Positions 14,609 to 26,426 of a stretch of DNA of 64,000 bases are shown piece by piece. The number at the start of each line of letters is the position of its first letter. Position 1 is the first letter of the stretch. Origin of the DNA: the human T2T-CHM13v2.0 reference genome, Homo sapiens; the NCBI RefSeq assembly GCF_009914755.1, contig NC_060929.1, one strand, 5' to 3'. Both the position numbers and the translations under genes were made by a program. A model generated the notes under the pieces. The model ran no database searches, was not told the DNA's origin, and worked only from the letters and a program-made list of their open reading frames with translations.

Positions 14609-15544
14609 TTTAGTATTAACTAGAACTGTATTTTATAGCAAGATCAAATAACTAACTGGTACTGATATAGATAAGAAAGGTAATGCATATAGAGACTTTC
14701 AAAGCCCCAATCTCTGTGTTTTTATTGATGATAGAAGGATGATCTTGCTATAAAATACAGTTCTATTTAATACTGTAAGTTAAATCTTTAGCATAAGGTC
14801 TAGAAGAGATATTCTTTTTTTATTATTTTTTGTTTAGAAAATTAAAATTACCAAGCAAAATATAAATGCCCAGAATGTATTAAAATTTAGTTTTCCTTTG
14901 TAATACACATTTAAATTAAACGTTTTTACACAAAGTGGGTAAAGTTAAATAATTAGCTCTTTCCTAGTACAGATTATCAAAAAAGAGAAGTTGTATCTCC
15001 TGGAAAGCATAAGCTCACAGGCTAAAATACAAATCACTCAAAAATGAAGTATCTCAAAAAAAAAAAAAAAAAAAAACAGAAACTGGACAACAAAGATCAC
15101 CTGGAGAGAATTAATGAAGCAGTAAACATGTAATTTAAAGTAAGCATGGTAAGTACATTTAAGGAGAAAAAAAGATGATATTAGCAATATGAAACAAATG
15201 TAAGATATAAAAAAGATAAAGGAGAAATACAGGCATATATGTATAAAACAGCAAACATGATCTAATACTTGGTGAAAGATTGTAATTAATCTACTTACTA
15301 AAGAAGAAATCCAAAATGTTTATGAGGATATTAATGAGTGCTTACAATTTTAATGACCATAAAAATGCAAATAACAACAAAAAAGATAAATCACTTATTT
15401 TTTTTTGTCTGGTGAAAATTAAAAAGCTAGAAGGTGTTATTTATTGGACAGAAGTAGGAATAACAGAACTGGCATGGACCGCAGGTGGAAGCATAGGGTT
15501 TGTCATATGCAAAGCCCTATATTACTTCTTAAAAAATATGTTCT

Positions 15545-15778
15545 TATTTATCTTGGATATGTAATAGTTACAAACATATGGGTACATGTGATATTTTGAT
15601 ACAAGCACACAATGTAATCAAGTGAGGATTATTGGAATATCACATCAACCATTTATTATCTCTTTACGTTAGGAACATCCTAATTCAACCTTTCCATTAT
15701 TTTGAAATATGCAATACACTTTTGTTAAGTACAGTCACCCTATTGTACGAATGAATACTGGATCTTATTCCTTCTACC
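15545..15778 (-). mobile_element. L1MA-type 3' end inside older + strand L1ME-like sequence (about 15380-16140)
   Basis: atgggtacatgtgatattttgatacaagc...ttattttgaaatat...cagtcaccctattgt. Confidence 0.75.
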
Positions 15779-18049
15779 TCTTCATAAAATATTGCTGAAT
15801 ATATTTCCCCTATGGGCATATGCTCAGCAATATTCAGTGCTGAATTATTGTTATCACAGTATTGAGGTATTAGGAAAAAAAACTCACAGTGTTCACCAAA
15901 GGGAGAGTGTGTCGTTATTATGGAGTATTATGAATAATTAGAAGCAATGGATTACATTTTTCCATAGCAACATAGGTAAATAAAACTTTTTAACATACTA
16001 AGTGGGGATAAAAGGATGAAAAAGAAGACCTGTGCTATGATATGTTTTACTAGAATAAACACGCATGAATAGGACATGAGATACTACTGTTTACAAGAAT
16101 CCATAAAAACCAAAAGAGAGACGTTAACTATGTTAGAATCATAGCCTAATGAAACTGAAGGGAAATTGGAATAGGGAATAGAGACAAAAAGCCATAGGTA
16201 AATTAAATAAGAGCATAGTTTTGTTCAGACCAGTGTTCATAATACGTCATGCTGTCATAATTTGAGAAGTAATTCTCACTTGACTTTGTGCACTAGAGTT
16301 CCAACAGAAGAAATTTAAAGAGAAAAAGCAAAGGCATTCATTACTTTGAACTAAATGATTACCCCACAGCCTTATGTTAAGCAGATAGAATGAAAATACA
16401 TACTTTTAAAACTTTGAAAACTTACTGGCATTTAACAATTTCATTTCAATTTATTTTATGATTTCTCATTTATACTCTGGCTATAAGTAAAACTGCTTCT
16501 TTATGTAAGTTTTTGGGCTGCCATGAAGGTTAAATAAAGTAATTCTAATATAACATCAATTGTCTACAATAATGAGCATTCAAAAATATTGGAGATATAT
16601 ATATGAATAATATTATATATAATAGAATAATAAAGGAGTATTAAAACAGTGAAATGCAGCTAGTTACAAATTTTTTAAGTTGTTTTAATTTCACAGACAA
16701 TATGACCTCTTAACCCTGACTTTCCAGTTGAAATGTCTAAATTCCTCCAGTGGAAAAACTTCTATAAGCAAGGGCATAATTTAAATTATTTAAGAATGAA
16801 GCTATCAATTTGCAGAAATTATCTGCGTTCATCGGTTTTCATGTAATTATAATTGTCTTTTCTAGTCTCTGAGTCTTAATATGCCATAAAAAATCAGCTC
16901 TTTAAACAGCACATCTTGTGGGATTTTAAGCAATGGTACAATATGATGGATATTTGCTGTCGTGCTTTTCCCCTACACATACTGTAAACAGGAATTTATA
17001 GTTTTTCGAGTGGATTTACTTTATATTTGTGTACCATGGTTTTCCTGAAATTAAAATGGTGAGTAACAATCAAATACGAGAAATGCTGAATATGCCTAAA
17101 CTTCACAGTTAAGAAAATAATAAACCTTAAGGAAAAGTTTAGAAGGTTACAGAAAGATTGCATAAAAAGTTGTACAGTACAGTCGAGAAATAAAAACAAC
17201 TAAAGCCCCTGAGTAACTTCCAGTTTTAACTAAAATGACACCTAACTATCTAAATATGATGATTCCTTATTTCTCACATGGAGTTCAAGAGCTCTTACCT
17301 TTGTAAGAATATATTTCCTATAAATTGCTAGAAGCAAATATCATTCAGAAACAAATATTGTCTGATTTATTATTGTTAGTAACTTCCCAGAAATCAAGTG
17401 TGGTCTACTATCGTTTTTTCTGGAACTCAAGAGGACCTTAGCTACCACTCAGAATAAAGGACAAAATCCATGGAATCACCTCATTAGATGCAAACGAACA
17501 AATTGGAAAAACTCAACATGCGTTACTGAGAAAAACTAAGCAAGCAGATATCAAGACTTAGGCAAAAATTTGTGAAGAGAGGAAGATATTTCCTCAACAT
17601 TCCTCACACCCACTTTGTAAATTCCCTGTTTCTGCTGCATCTATATACATCTACAGATACCTCTCTCTTTCAATAGTCAGCTGTAACTTGAAATCAAACT
17701 TTATTCTAAAGTAGTGTTCTCCTAAGAGAAAGTGTAATCCTAAGAAAACCCACTGGTAAATTACTTCTTTTTTGTTAAAAGTGCATCCTGGTCTCCAAAG
17801 CAGATCTCAGGTTAAATCATAATTCCATTATAAAGAATCTGAAAATGTCTTTTAAAATATTATCTTAGTTAATACTGTATAGATTATATTGAAACTTTCT
17901 GCTCTAACCGTTCAGTACTTATTACTGTGAAGTTTCAAGTCCACGAAAACCCAAAGGACAATGCGCCAACAGGTATTTTAAGAGTAAATTAGAACAGTTT
18001 AACTAATTACTCACTGATTAATATTAAGAACAGAGGCTAATGATGGATT

Positions 18050-18906
18050 GTCACTTCATACATATTAGGATAGCCATCATAAAAAAGACAAGATATAACA
18101 AATGTTGGTAAGGATGCTGAGAATAGTTGTACACTGTTGGTGGGAATGTAAATTGGTGCAGCCACTATGGAAGACTGTATGGAGGTTCTTCATGAAATGA
18201 AAAACAGATCTGCCATATGATCCAGCAATTTAATTTCTTGGTATATGTCCAAATGAGAAGAAACCAGAATCTCAAAAAGGCACCTGAGCAACCACGCTTA
18301 TTGTAGCACTCTTCACAGTAGCCAACATATGCAAACTACTTAAGTGGCTGTCATTAGATGAATGAATAAAATGTGATATAGATTTATATAGCTATTTATA
18401 CACAAACACAATAAAATATTCTTTGTTTACCCTTAGAAAAAAGGAAATCCTGCCATTTGTGACAACATGGCTAAACCTAGAGGGTATTCTGCTAAGTGAA
18501 ATAAGCTAGACAGAGAAAGATAAATATTGTATGGCATCATTTACTGTGTAATCTTAAAAAAAAAGGCAAACTTACAGAAACAGAAAAAAGAATAGTGATT
18601 GCTAGGGATTCGTGAATGGAGGAAGTGGGGAGATGTTGGTCAAATTTTATAAACATTCAGTTATAAAATGAGTTCTGAGAATCTAATATACCACATAAGG
18701 ATGATAGTTAATAATATTGTATTGTACACTTGACATTTGCTAAATATCCTCATAAAAAAGGGAACTATATTAGGTGATTAATATATTAATTAAATTGATC
18801 CTGGTAATCATTTCACAATGTGCATAGATAACAAATCATCACATCGTACACTTTAAACATATATAATTTTATTTGTCAATTATAGCTCAGTAAAGCTGGA
18901 AAAAAG
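18050..18906 (+). mobile_element. L1MA9-like 3' end
   Basis: ORF2 C-terminal region cactgttggtgggaatgtaaattggtgcagccactatgga through ttgtcaattatagctcagtaaagctggaaaaa. Confidence 0.85.
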
Positions 18907-19590
18907 AACAAAAGCTAATACTCTTACCTCAAAAGTAAAACAGTCATGAAAAGTTAAGTGGTTCAACATATTGCCAGAGTACCGAATTGATACCTGTTTA
19001 TCTGAAAGTAAACTTAATTGAGCAGTTAATGATAAGTTTATTGTGTCCAGAACATCAAAGGAAACTTCCACTCAGAAAAAATTAAATCACTCTGTATGGA
19101 ATCCACGTGCAAAATGAATCCTTATCTCAAAATAAAATCTATCCTCCTGGAAGCTGATTGAAAAAATAAGTACTCAGAATTTGGAGCTACAATCCTGGAC
19201 TTTTTATAGAAGAGAGCAGGGATTTAGTGGGCACCATTTATCTTAATAGGGAAATAGACAGAACCTGCCACCAGTTTTACAAAGATTAGAAATTTCAACT
19301 TTTCATGGATTTTGGTAAATTTGAAGTTTAAAAAATAAATCTATTATAAATTGTAATTTTATGTCAATTTGCACTTGTTCTAAGTCTGACTACTTCACTC
19401 TTTAAATTTTATGAATGGTCTTCTTTATCACACCTTCCCCATAAAATCTGTCCTGAAACTCACGTGTCCTGAATCACAATCTTATTAATTTCATAGGTGG
19501 AAATTTAAAATTGCAACAAAATAATGCAACAGAAACTCTTAACTAGTAAAAGAAACTCAAGTATATTTGTACATGTGGTATTTATGTATC

Positions 19591-20226
19591 TGTGTTTGAT
19601 GCTGTCATAATGTCAAATGAGCTAGGATGAGCCACATTTTCCAGCATTCACTTTCGTGTATGTTCTCCTTAGGAAAGACATTCTCTTTACGAAAGACCAC
19701 GAGGACAATTCTTGGTATATTTGGAAAGCCAAAGGGTAGCAGCAATTGTTTTGCAGCACACCTTCACATTGTCCGTGAGCAGCTGATGCACGTCATTGGT
19801 GTGAGGCAACAGTTGCTCTCCCTTCTCAAGCTCACCCATCAGCTTCTTGCATTCGTGAACCAAATGCGTGTTTAGTTCTGTGTCAAAGGCCCGGTTCCCG
19901 AAGTCTGCCTTTACTGCCAAGGTCAGGGACAACAAAAGCAGCTACTGGCTTCAGTGGAGTTTTAGATTATGTACGTGAGTTCCAGCCTGCCCTTGATCTG
20001 ACCCACTTCACATCCATCTTCCCTTTGTGACTGCCTGCCTTGTGGACTCAGAGCTCCAGCATCAGACTTGCAGAAGACAGCCTTGCAGGGACTGCTTAAT
20101 TAGCTTCTTAAATTGTGTAAGGCGCAGTTAATTATGTTAGTGCAAATGTAATATTTCTTACTACAAACATGTATGTAAATATCCTCCCTTACTGCTTCTG
20201 CTTGTCTGGTAGAACCTTGACTGGTA
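19591..20226 (+). mobile_element. MLT2F-like ERVL LTR
   Basis: Start tgtg...tgtcaaatgagctagg; gctccagcatcagac...gaagacagccttgcagggactgcttaa; end ctgcttctgcttgtctggtagaaccttgactg. Confidence 0.75.
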
Positions 20227-20228
20227 AA

Positions 20229-20296
20229 GTGTGTGTGTGTGTGTGTGTGTGCACGTGTGTGTGTGTGTGTATGCATGTCTGTGTGTGTGTCTGTGT
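20229..20296. repeat. (TG)n microsatellite
   Basis: Directly visible imperfect TG run. Confidence 0.95.
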
Positions 20297-20344
20297 TTTA
20301 TTATAACAATCTTATAAAATAGTTTCATAATGAAATGGTTTTGG

Positions 20345-20450
20345 ATGGGAGGACAGAAGGAAACTGAATCAAAAAGAGGTTTAACAACTTGCCCAAGGTG
20401 AAACAGGAGGTCATGCAATCAGGATTGGAAGCTGGTCATATTAGCCTCAT
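20345..20450 (-). mobile_element. MIR fragment
   Basis: aggaaactgaatcaaaaagaggtttaacaacttgcccaaggt. Confidence 0.65.
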
Positions 20451-23082
20451 TTTAAGTAAAAGGAAGTAGATATGGCAATCCGTGTAGTTACACAGTTCCT
20501 GACACATAGTAGGTATTCACAGGACATTATTTCTCTCTTTCTGGGTGATTTTCCACACCAAATGGCTCAGCTGACAGTCCAAGAATCCACATGAACTGTA
20601 GAGAGCATGCATTTGCTGAACATGCACAGAATGAACAGGAAACACAGACAATGGTTTGCTTTTATTATCATTGTACTGTTCTCTCAAGGTGAGCCAGAAA
20701 TGAATGATTAATTACCTGCCTACATTTGGCTTTATTTATAAAATCTCACACAATCAATAATTGATTGTTCTCTGAGGTACCAACTCAGACACTAAAAATG
20801 GCATGTTCCTTCCTTCCAGCAAGGAAAAAGAAATGCACTTGATTTTTTGGAGATAATGGGGGCAGGAGAGGAGAAAGTTTGACAGTGACTATGGAGATTT
20901 GATAGGGTCTTATTTTAAGTGGCAGAATGCCAGCAGAAACAATTGGGGGGTTATTGTTTTTCTCACACTCAAAGACAAAAGGCTCATTTCTAGTTACATA
21001 TAAAATAATTTTCAATAGAATGAAATGACATCCATTAACTAGCAGTGACAGCATTTGCTTCTTCTTTTTTTCCCTCCAAATTAGAGTTTAACATCAGCCA
21101 GGCTTGCCTGGAAAAAAATGAAAATGAAGAATCTGGAATTTTTAATATGCCCATTTAATCTCAATCATTTTCTGTCTTGCCACAGTAATTTTTACTTAGG
21201 CCAATTTAGTAATGACAAGTTTTGCACAAATTTTAATCATCTTTAAAAATATTGTCAAGAAATAATTTAAAATAAAGGATCAAACAGTATTTTTCTCTGA
21301 TAAGAGCAGGTGAGTAGTGTCATATTTACCATGAGGTACAAAAGCAAAACTGATGAATCATTCAGACTGCAAGGGATACAATCTAAATTTCTAATCACAG
21401 CAAACAATACCAAAGTGTTTTACCTACTAGGGAAGCTAAGTTGATTGATTTAAATTGCCAGATTTTGGTATCAGGATGATGCTGGCCTCATAAAATTAGT
21501 TGGCAGGGAGTCACTCTGCCTCAACTTTTTGGAATAGTTTCAGTAGGAATGGTATCAGCTCATCCTTATACATCTGGTAGAATTTGGCTGTGAATACATC
21601 TGGTCCTGGGCTTTTTTTTTTTTTTTGGTTGGTAGGATACTTATTACTGATTCAGTTTTGGAGTTTATTATTGATCTGTACAGGGAATGAGTTTCTCTCT
21701 GGTTCAGTCTTGGGAGGGTGGATGAGTCCAGGAATTAATTCAGCACTTCCAAGTTGTCTAGTTTGTGTGCATAGAAATGTTCATAGTAGTCTCTGATGGT
21801 TGTTTGTATTTCTGTGGGGTTAGTGGAAATATCCCCCTTGGCATTTCTGATTGTGTTTATTTGGATCTTCTGTCTTTTCTTCTTTATTAATCTAGCTGGC
21901 AGCCTATCTATCTTGTTAAATTTTTTTCCAAAAAAAAAAAAAAAAAACTCCTGGGTTCCCTGATCTTTTGAAATTATTTTTGTGTCTTGACCTGATCTTG
22001 AGTTCAGCTCTGATTTTATTTCGTGTCTTCTGCTAGATTTGGAGTTGGTTTTATCTTGCTTTTTGTAGCTCCTTTCATTGTGATGTCAGGATGTTAATTT
22101 GAGATCTTTCTAATGTTTTGATGTGGGAATTTATTCCTATATATTGTTCTCTTAACACTGCGTAGCTGTGTCCCAGAGATTCTGGTATGTTGTATCTTTG
22201 TTTTCATTAGATTAAAAGAACTTTCTAATTTCTACCCTAATTTTATTATGTACTCCAAAGCCATTCAGGATCATGTTGTTTAATCTCCATATAATTGCAT
22301 GGTTTTGAGTGATTTTTTTGTCTTGATTTCTATTTTTATCTTGCTGTGGTCTGAGAGTGTGTTTGATATAATTTCAGTTCTTTGCATTTGCTGAGAAATG
22401 TTTTATGTCCAATTGTGTAGTTAATTGTAGAGTATGTGCCATGTGGTGAAGACAAGAATCCACATTCTGTTGTTTTGGGATGGTGAGTCTGCAGAGGTCT
22501 ATCAGATCCATTTGGCCCAATGTTGAATTCAAGTCCTGAATTTCTTGGTCAATTTTCTGCCTCGATGATCCATCTAATATTGTCAGTGGAGTGTTGAAGA
22601 CTCCCATTCTTACTGCGTGGGAGTCTATGTCTCTTTGTATGTCTCTAAGACCTTGCTTTATAAATGTATGTGCTTCTGTGTGGGGTGCATGTATATTTGG
22701 ATAGTTAAGTCTTCTTGTTGAATCAAATCCTTTATCATTATGTAGTACTCTACTTTGTCTTTTTTTTTTATTTTTGTTGGTTTAAACTCTGTTTTGTCTA
22801 TAATTAGGATCATAACCCTTGCTTTTTTTCTGATTTCCATTTTCTTGGTAAATTTTCCTCCATCCCTTTATTTTGAGCCTATGTGTGTCATTGTGTGTGA
22901 GTTGGATCTCTTGAAGACAGCACACCATTTGGTCTTGCTTGTTTATCCAACTTGCCACTCTCTTTTAAATGGGGTATTTAGCCCATTTACATTCAAGGTT
23001 AGTATTGATATGTGTGGATTTGATTCTACCATTGTATTATTAGCTGCTTATTAAGCTGTCTTGTTTATGTGGCTGCATTATA

Positions 23083-24103
23083 GTGTCACTGCTCTGTGTA
23101 CTTAGGTGTGTTTCTGTATTGGCTAGTAATGATCTTTGCTTTCCACATTTTAGTGCTCCTTTCAAGATCTCTTATAAGATGAATCTCATGGTAACAATGT
23201 CCATCAGCATTTGCTTATCTGAAAAAAATCTCATTTGTCCTTCACTTAGGAGCTTAATTTGGCCAGATATTAAATTCTTGGTTGATATTTTAATTGAAGT
23301 ATGTTGAATATAGACTCACAGTCACTTCTGGCTTGTAGGGTTTCTGCTGAGAGGTCCACTCTTAGCCTGATGGGGTTCATTTTGAAGGTGACCTGCCCTT
23401 TTTTTCTACCTGCCCTTAACATTCTTTCTTTTGCTTCTGCCTTGGGAAATCTGATGATTATTTACCTTGGGGATGATCTTCTTTTGTACAGTCTTGCAGG
23501 GGTTCTCTGTATTTCTGAAATTTTACTGTTTGCCTCTCTACAGAGGTTGAGAAGTTTTCATGGACAATATCCTGTAATATGTTTTCCAAGTTGTTTTCTT
23601 TCTTTACATCTCTTTCAGGGATGCCAATGATTAATAGATTTGGCCTCTTTACATAAGCCCATATTTCTTGGAGGTTTAGATCATTCATTTTCATTCTTTT
23701 CTTTATTTTTTTGTCTGACTGTCTTATTTCAGTCTTCAAGTTCTGAGATTCTTTCCTCAGCATGGTCTTTTCTGCTGTTAATACTTGCAGTTGCATTGTG
23801 AAATTCTTGCAGGGTGTTTTGCAGCTCTATCAGATCAGTTAGATTTCTTTTTACACCAGCCATTTTGTCTTTCAGCTCCTGTATCATTTTATTGTGATTC
23901 TTAGTTTCCTTGGATTGGGTTTTGCCATTCTCCTGAATCTCAGTAATTTTTGTTCCTATCCATAGTCTGAATTCTATTTCTGTCATTTCGGTCAACTCAA
24001 AATGGTTAAGAATCTTTGTTGGAGAAATACTGTGATTGTTTGGAGGACATAAGACACTCTGGCCATTTGAGTTACCAGAGTCCTTGTGTTGGTTTTTTCT
24101 CAT
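23083..24103 (-). pseudogene. Frameshifted L1 ORF1p
   Basis: Track ORFs 23729-24103 and 23458-23796 give the coiled coil then LQEIWAYVKRPNLLIIGIPE in different frames; left boundary approximate. Confidence 0.85.
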
Positions 24104-25324
24104 CTCTGTGTGTGAGTATGCCTTTAACTGCAGTGTAGCTTGATTACAGTCAGTAGACTTCTTTTCTGGTTGTATTCACAGGGCTGAAGCTTTGTGCAGG
24201 GTCGGTCTTTATTTGTAGTTGACTACTTGTCTTTGGTTTCACAAGGGCATATGTTAGTCAGGTATTTTTGGTGTTGAAGATTTGGGGTGTGATCCAGTAT
24301 GTGGTGCTTAGGTACAGCGGTCAGTTTGTAGGCTCGTGCTCAGTCATTTGGCTACCCTATATTTCCTAATGGTTGCAGTCTTGCTCCCTCTCAATGCTCT
24401 GAAATTGTGTTCTCCTCTCCCATTTCAGTATTAGGCTGAAGATTGTGGCTTGGCACTCCCAGACTGCTCACTGAAGCTCTGAGGTGATCTCACAGTTTAT
24501 GTTTCTTCTTCAACTTGGAGGCAGCAGAGGAGGGACCTGAGCAAAGGTTATATCCTCTGGTCTTTTACTTGTCTCCTTGAGGCTTCACCTCAGAGAGATG
24601 CAGGTCAGCAGTTGCTCAGTGTGATCAGCCCAGGATGAGGGAGTCAGTGTTTTGGGTCCAATCCAGGGGTTTAATGCCTGGCAATGAGCAGAGAGTGTGA
24701 GGATAAGACTCAGGAGAGACAGATTGGCCTCCTCAGCTTGGGTTGACTACAGCTTTTTGGAGGTGTGGATGAGGCATTCAGGTTATTTGTTCCTTTGTTA
24801 GTCTAAAGGTAGCAGGGTTAGTCCCATGGCAGAGGCAGTGACAAAGAGGTTTTTAGTTGCCCCTGGGCCTCTACCTCTGAGAAATATGGAGCCACTGTTA
24901 CTGGGAGTATTCGGCCAGTGGGGTGGGGCGACGACACTGCTGGAATGAACTTGAGGCTTCCCTTGTTGGGGATCAGGAAGTGGAGGGCTTACCAGAAGGA
25001 GACACTGGTCACCTCTTCATATGGTGACTGTGGCAAGCTGTAAGCTCAAGTGTAGCCCTCAGGCTCTTTATTTCTTCCCCAGACTGAGGACAGCAGGGAT
25101 AGAAATGCTGCTCTGACAATGGAAGAGGGACTGTTGTATGCCTCTGGGGACTTCTCCTCAGGGAAACTCTGCATCACTACCAGTGGGTTTATGCAGCCAC
25201 GGGGAGGGTGACTGTTCCACAGTCATGAGCCAGGGTCCCTGCCTGGTGAAGAGTGGGCAGTTGGGGGTTCCCCAGGAAGAGGGGCTGGATTCCTCCTTGT
25301 ATGGTGGCTATGGTGTACTGCAGG

Positions 25325-26160
25325 TGAGAGACAGGAATAGCTGGATTTCCCAGGCCAACTAAGAATCCCTAAGCCTAGCTGGGAAGGTGACCGCATCCAC
25401 CTTTAAACACAGGGCTTGCAACTTAGCTCACACCCGACCAATCAGAGAGCTCACTAAAATGCTAATTAGGCAAAAACAGGAGGTAAAGAAATAGCCAATC
25501 ATCTATTGCCTGAGAGCACAGCGGGAGGGACAAGGATCGGGATATAAACCCAGGCATTCGAACAGGCAATGGCAACCCCCTTTGGGTCCCCTCCCTTTGT
25601 ATGGGAGCTCTGTTTTCACTCTGTTTCACTCTATTAAAACTTTCAACTGCACTCTTCTGGTCCGTTTGTTATGGCTCGAGCTGAGCTTTCACTTGCCGTC
25701 CACCACTGCTGTTTGCCACTGTCGCAGACCGGCTGCTGACTCCCATCCTGCCGCTGACTCCCATCCTGCTGCTGACTCCCATCTCTCCAGATCCAGCAGG
25801 GTCTCTCCTGTGCTCCTGATCCAATGAGACTCCCATTGTCACTCCCGATCGTGCTAAAGGCTTGCCATTGTTCCCGCAGAGCTAAATGCCTGGGTTCGTC
25901 CTAATCGAGCTGAACGCTAGTCACTGGGTTCCATGGTTCTCTTCCATGACCCGCGACTTCTAATAGAGCTATAACACTCACCCCATGGCCCAAGATTCCA
26001 TTCCTTGGAATCCGTGAGGCCAAGAACCCCAGGTCAGAGAACACGAGGCTTGCCACCATCTTGGAAGTGGCCCACTGCCATATTGGAAGTGGCCCACTGC
26101 CATATTGGAAGTGGCCCACCACCATCTTGGTTGCTCTGGGAGCAAGGACCCCTGGTAACA
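25325..26160 (+). mobile_element. Solo LTR17 (HERV-W LTR)
   Basis: tgagagacaggaatagctggatttcc ... agcaaggacccctggtaaca; 4-bp TSD cagg at 25321-25324 and 26161-26164. Confidence 0.95.
25430..25640 (+). promoter_or_regulatory. LTR17 U3/R signals: two CCAAT boxes, TATA-like gatataaa and ATTAAA polyA signal
   Basis: ccaatc near 25438 and 25495, gatataaac at 25541, attaaa near 25633; activity not shown. Confidence 0.55.
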
Positions 26161-26426
26161 CAGGTACCAGCATAGTGACTAGGCTCCTTCTTCCTTCCCT
26201 GATGTAAGGTTTTTAGGGTGGTACCACTGCAACTGCAGTGGTGGAGGGGTTGTGTGTTGACTCTTGAATTTTATCCATGGAGAAATGTTGGGCTGCCTCT
26301 GAATGGAGTGATCAGGCAGTGGGAGGGTGGTTGTGCTGGAGTCTCAGGTCACATGGTTCTGCCCAGTGAGAAGTGAGGACCAGAACCTGTGTGAAGAACA
26401 GTCTGGCCCTTTTCCATTAAGTATTT

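Noticed and set aside
19627-19935. Two protein-looking 82-aa ORFs on opposite strands
   Set aside because: Lie inside an MLT2F-like LTR; no recognisable protein or splice context
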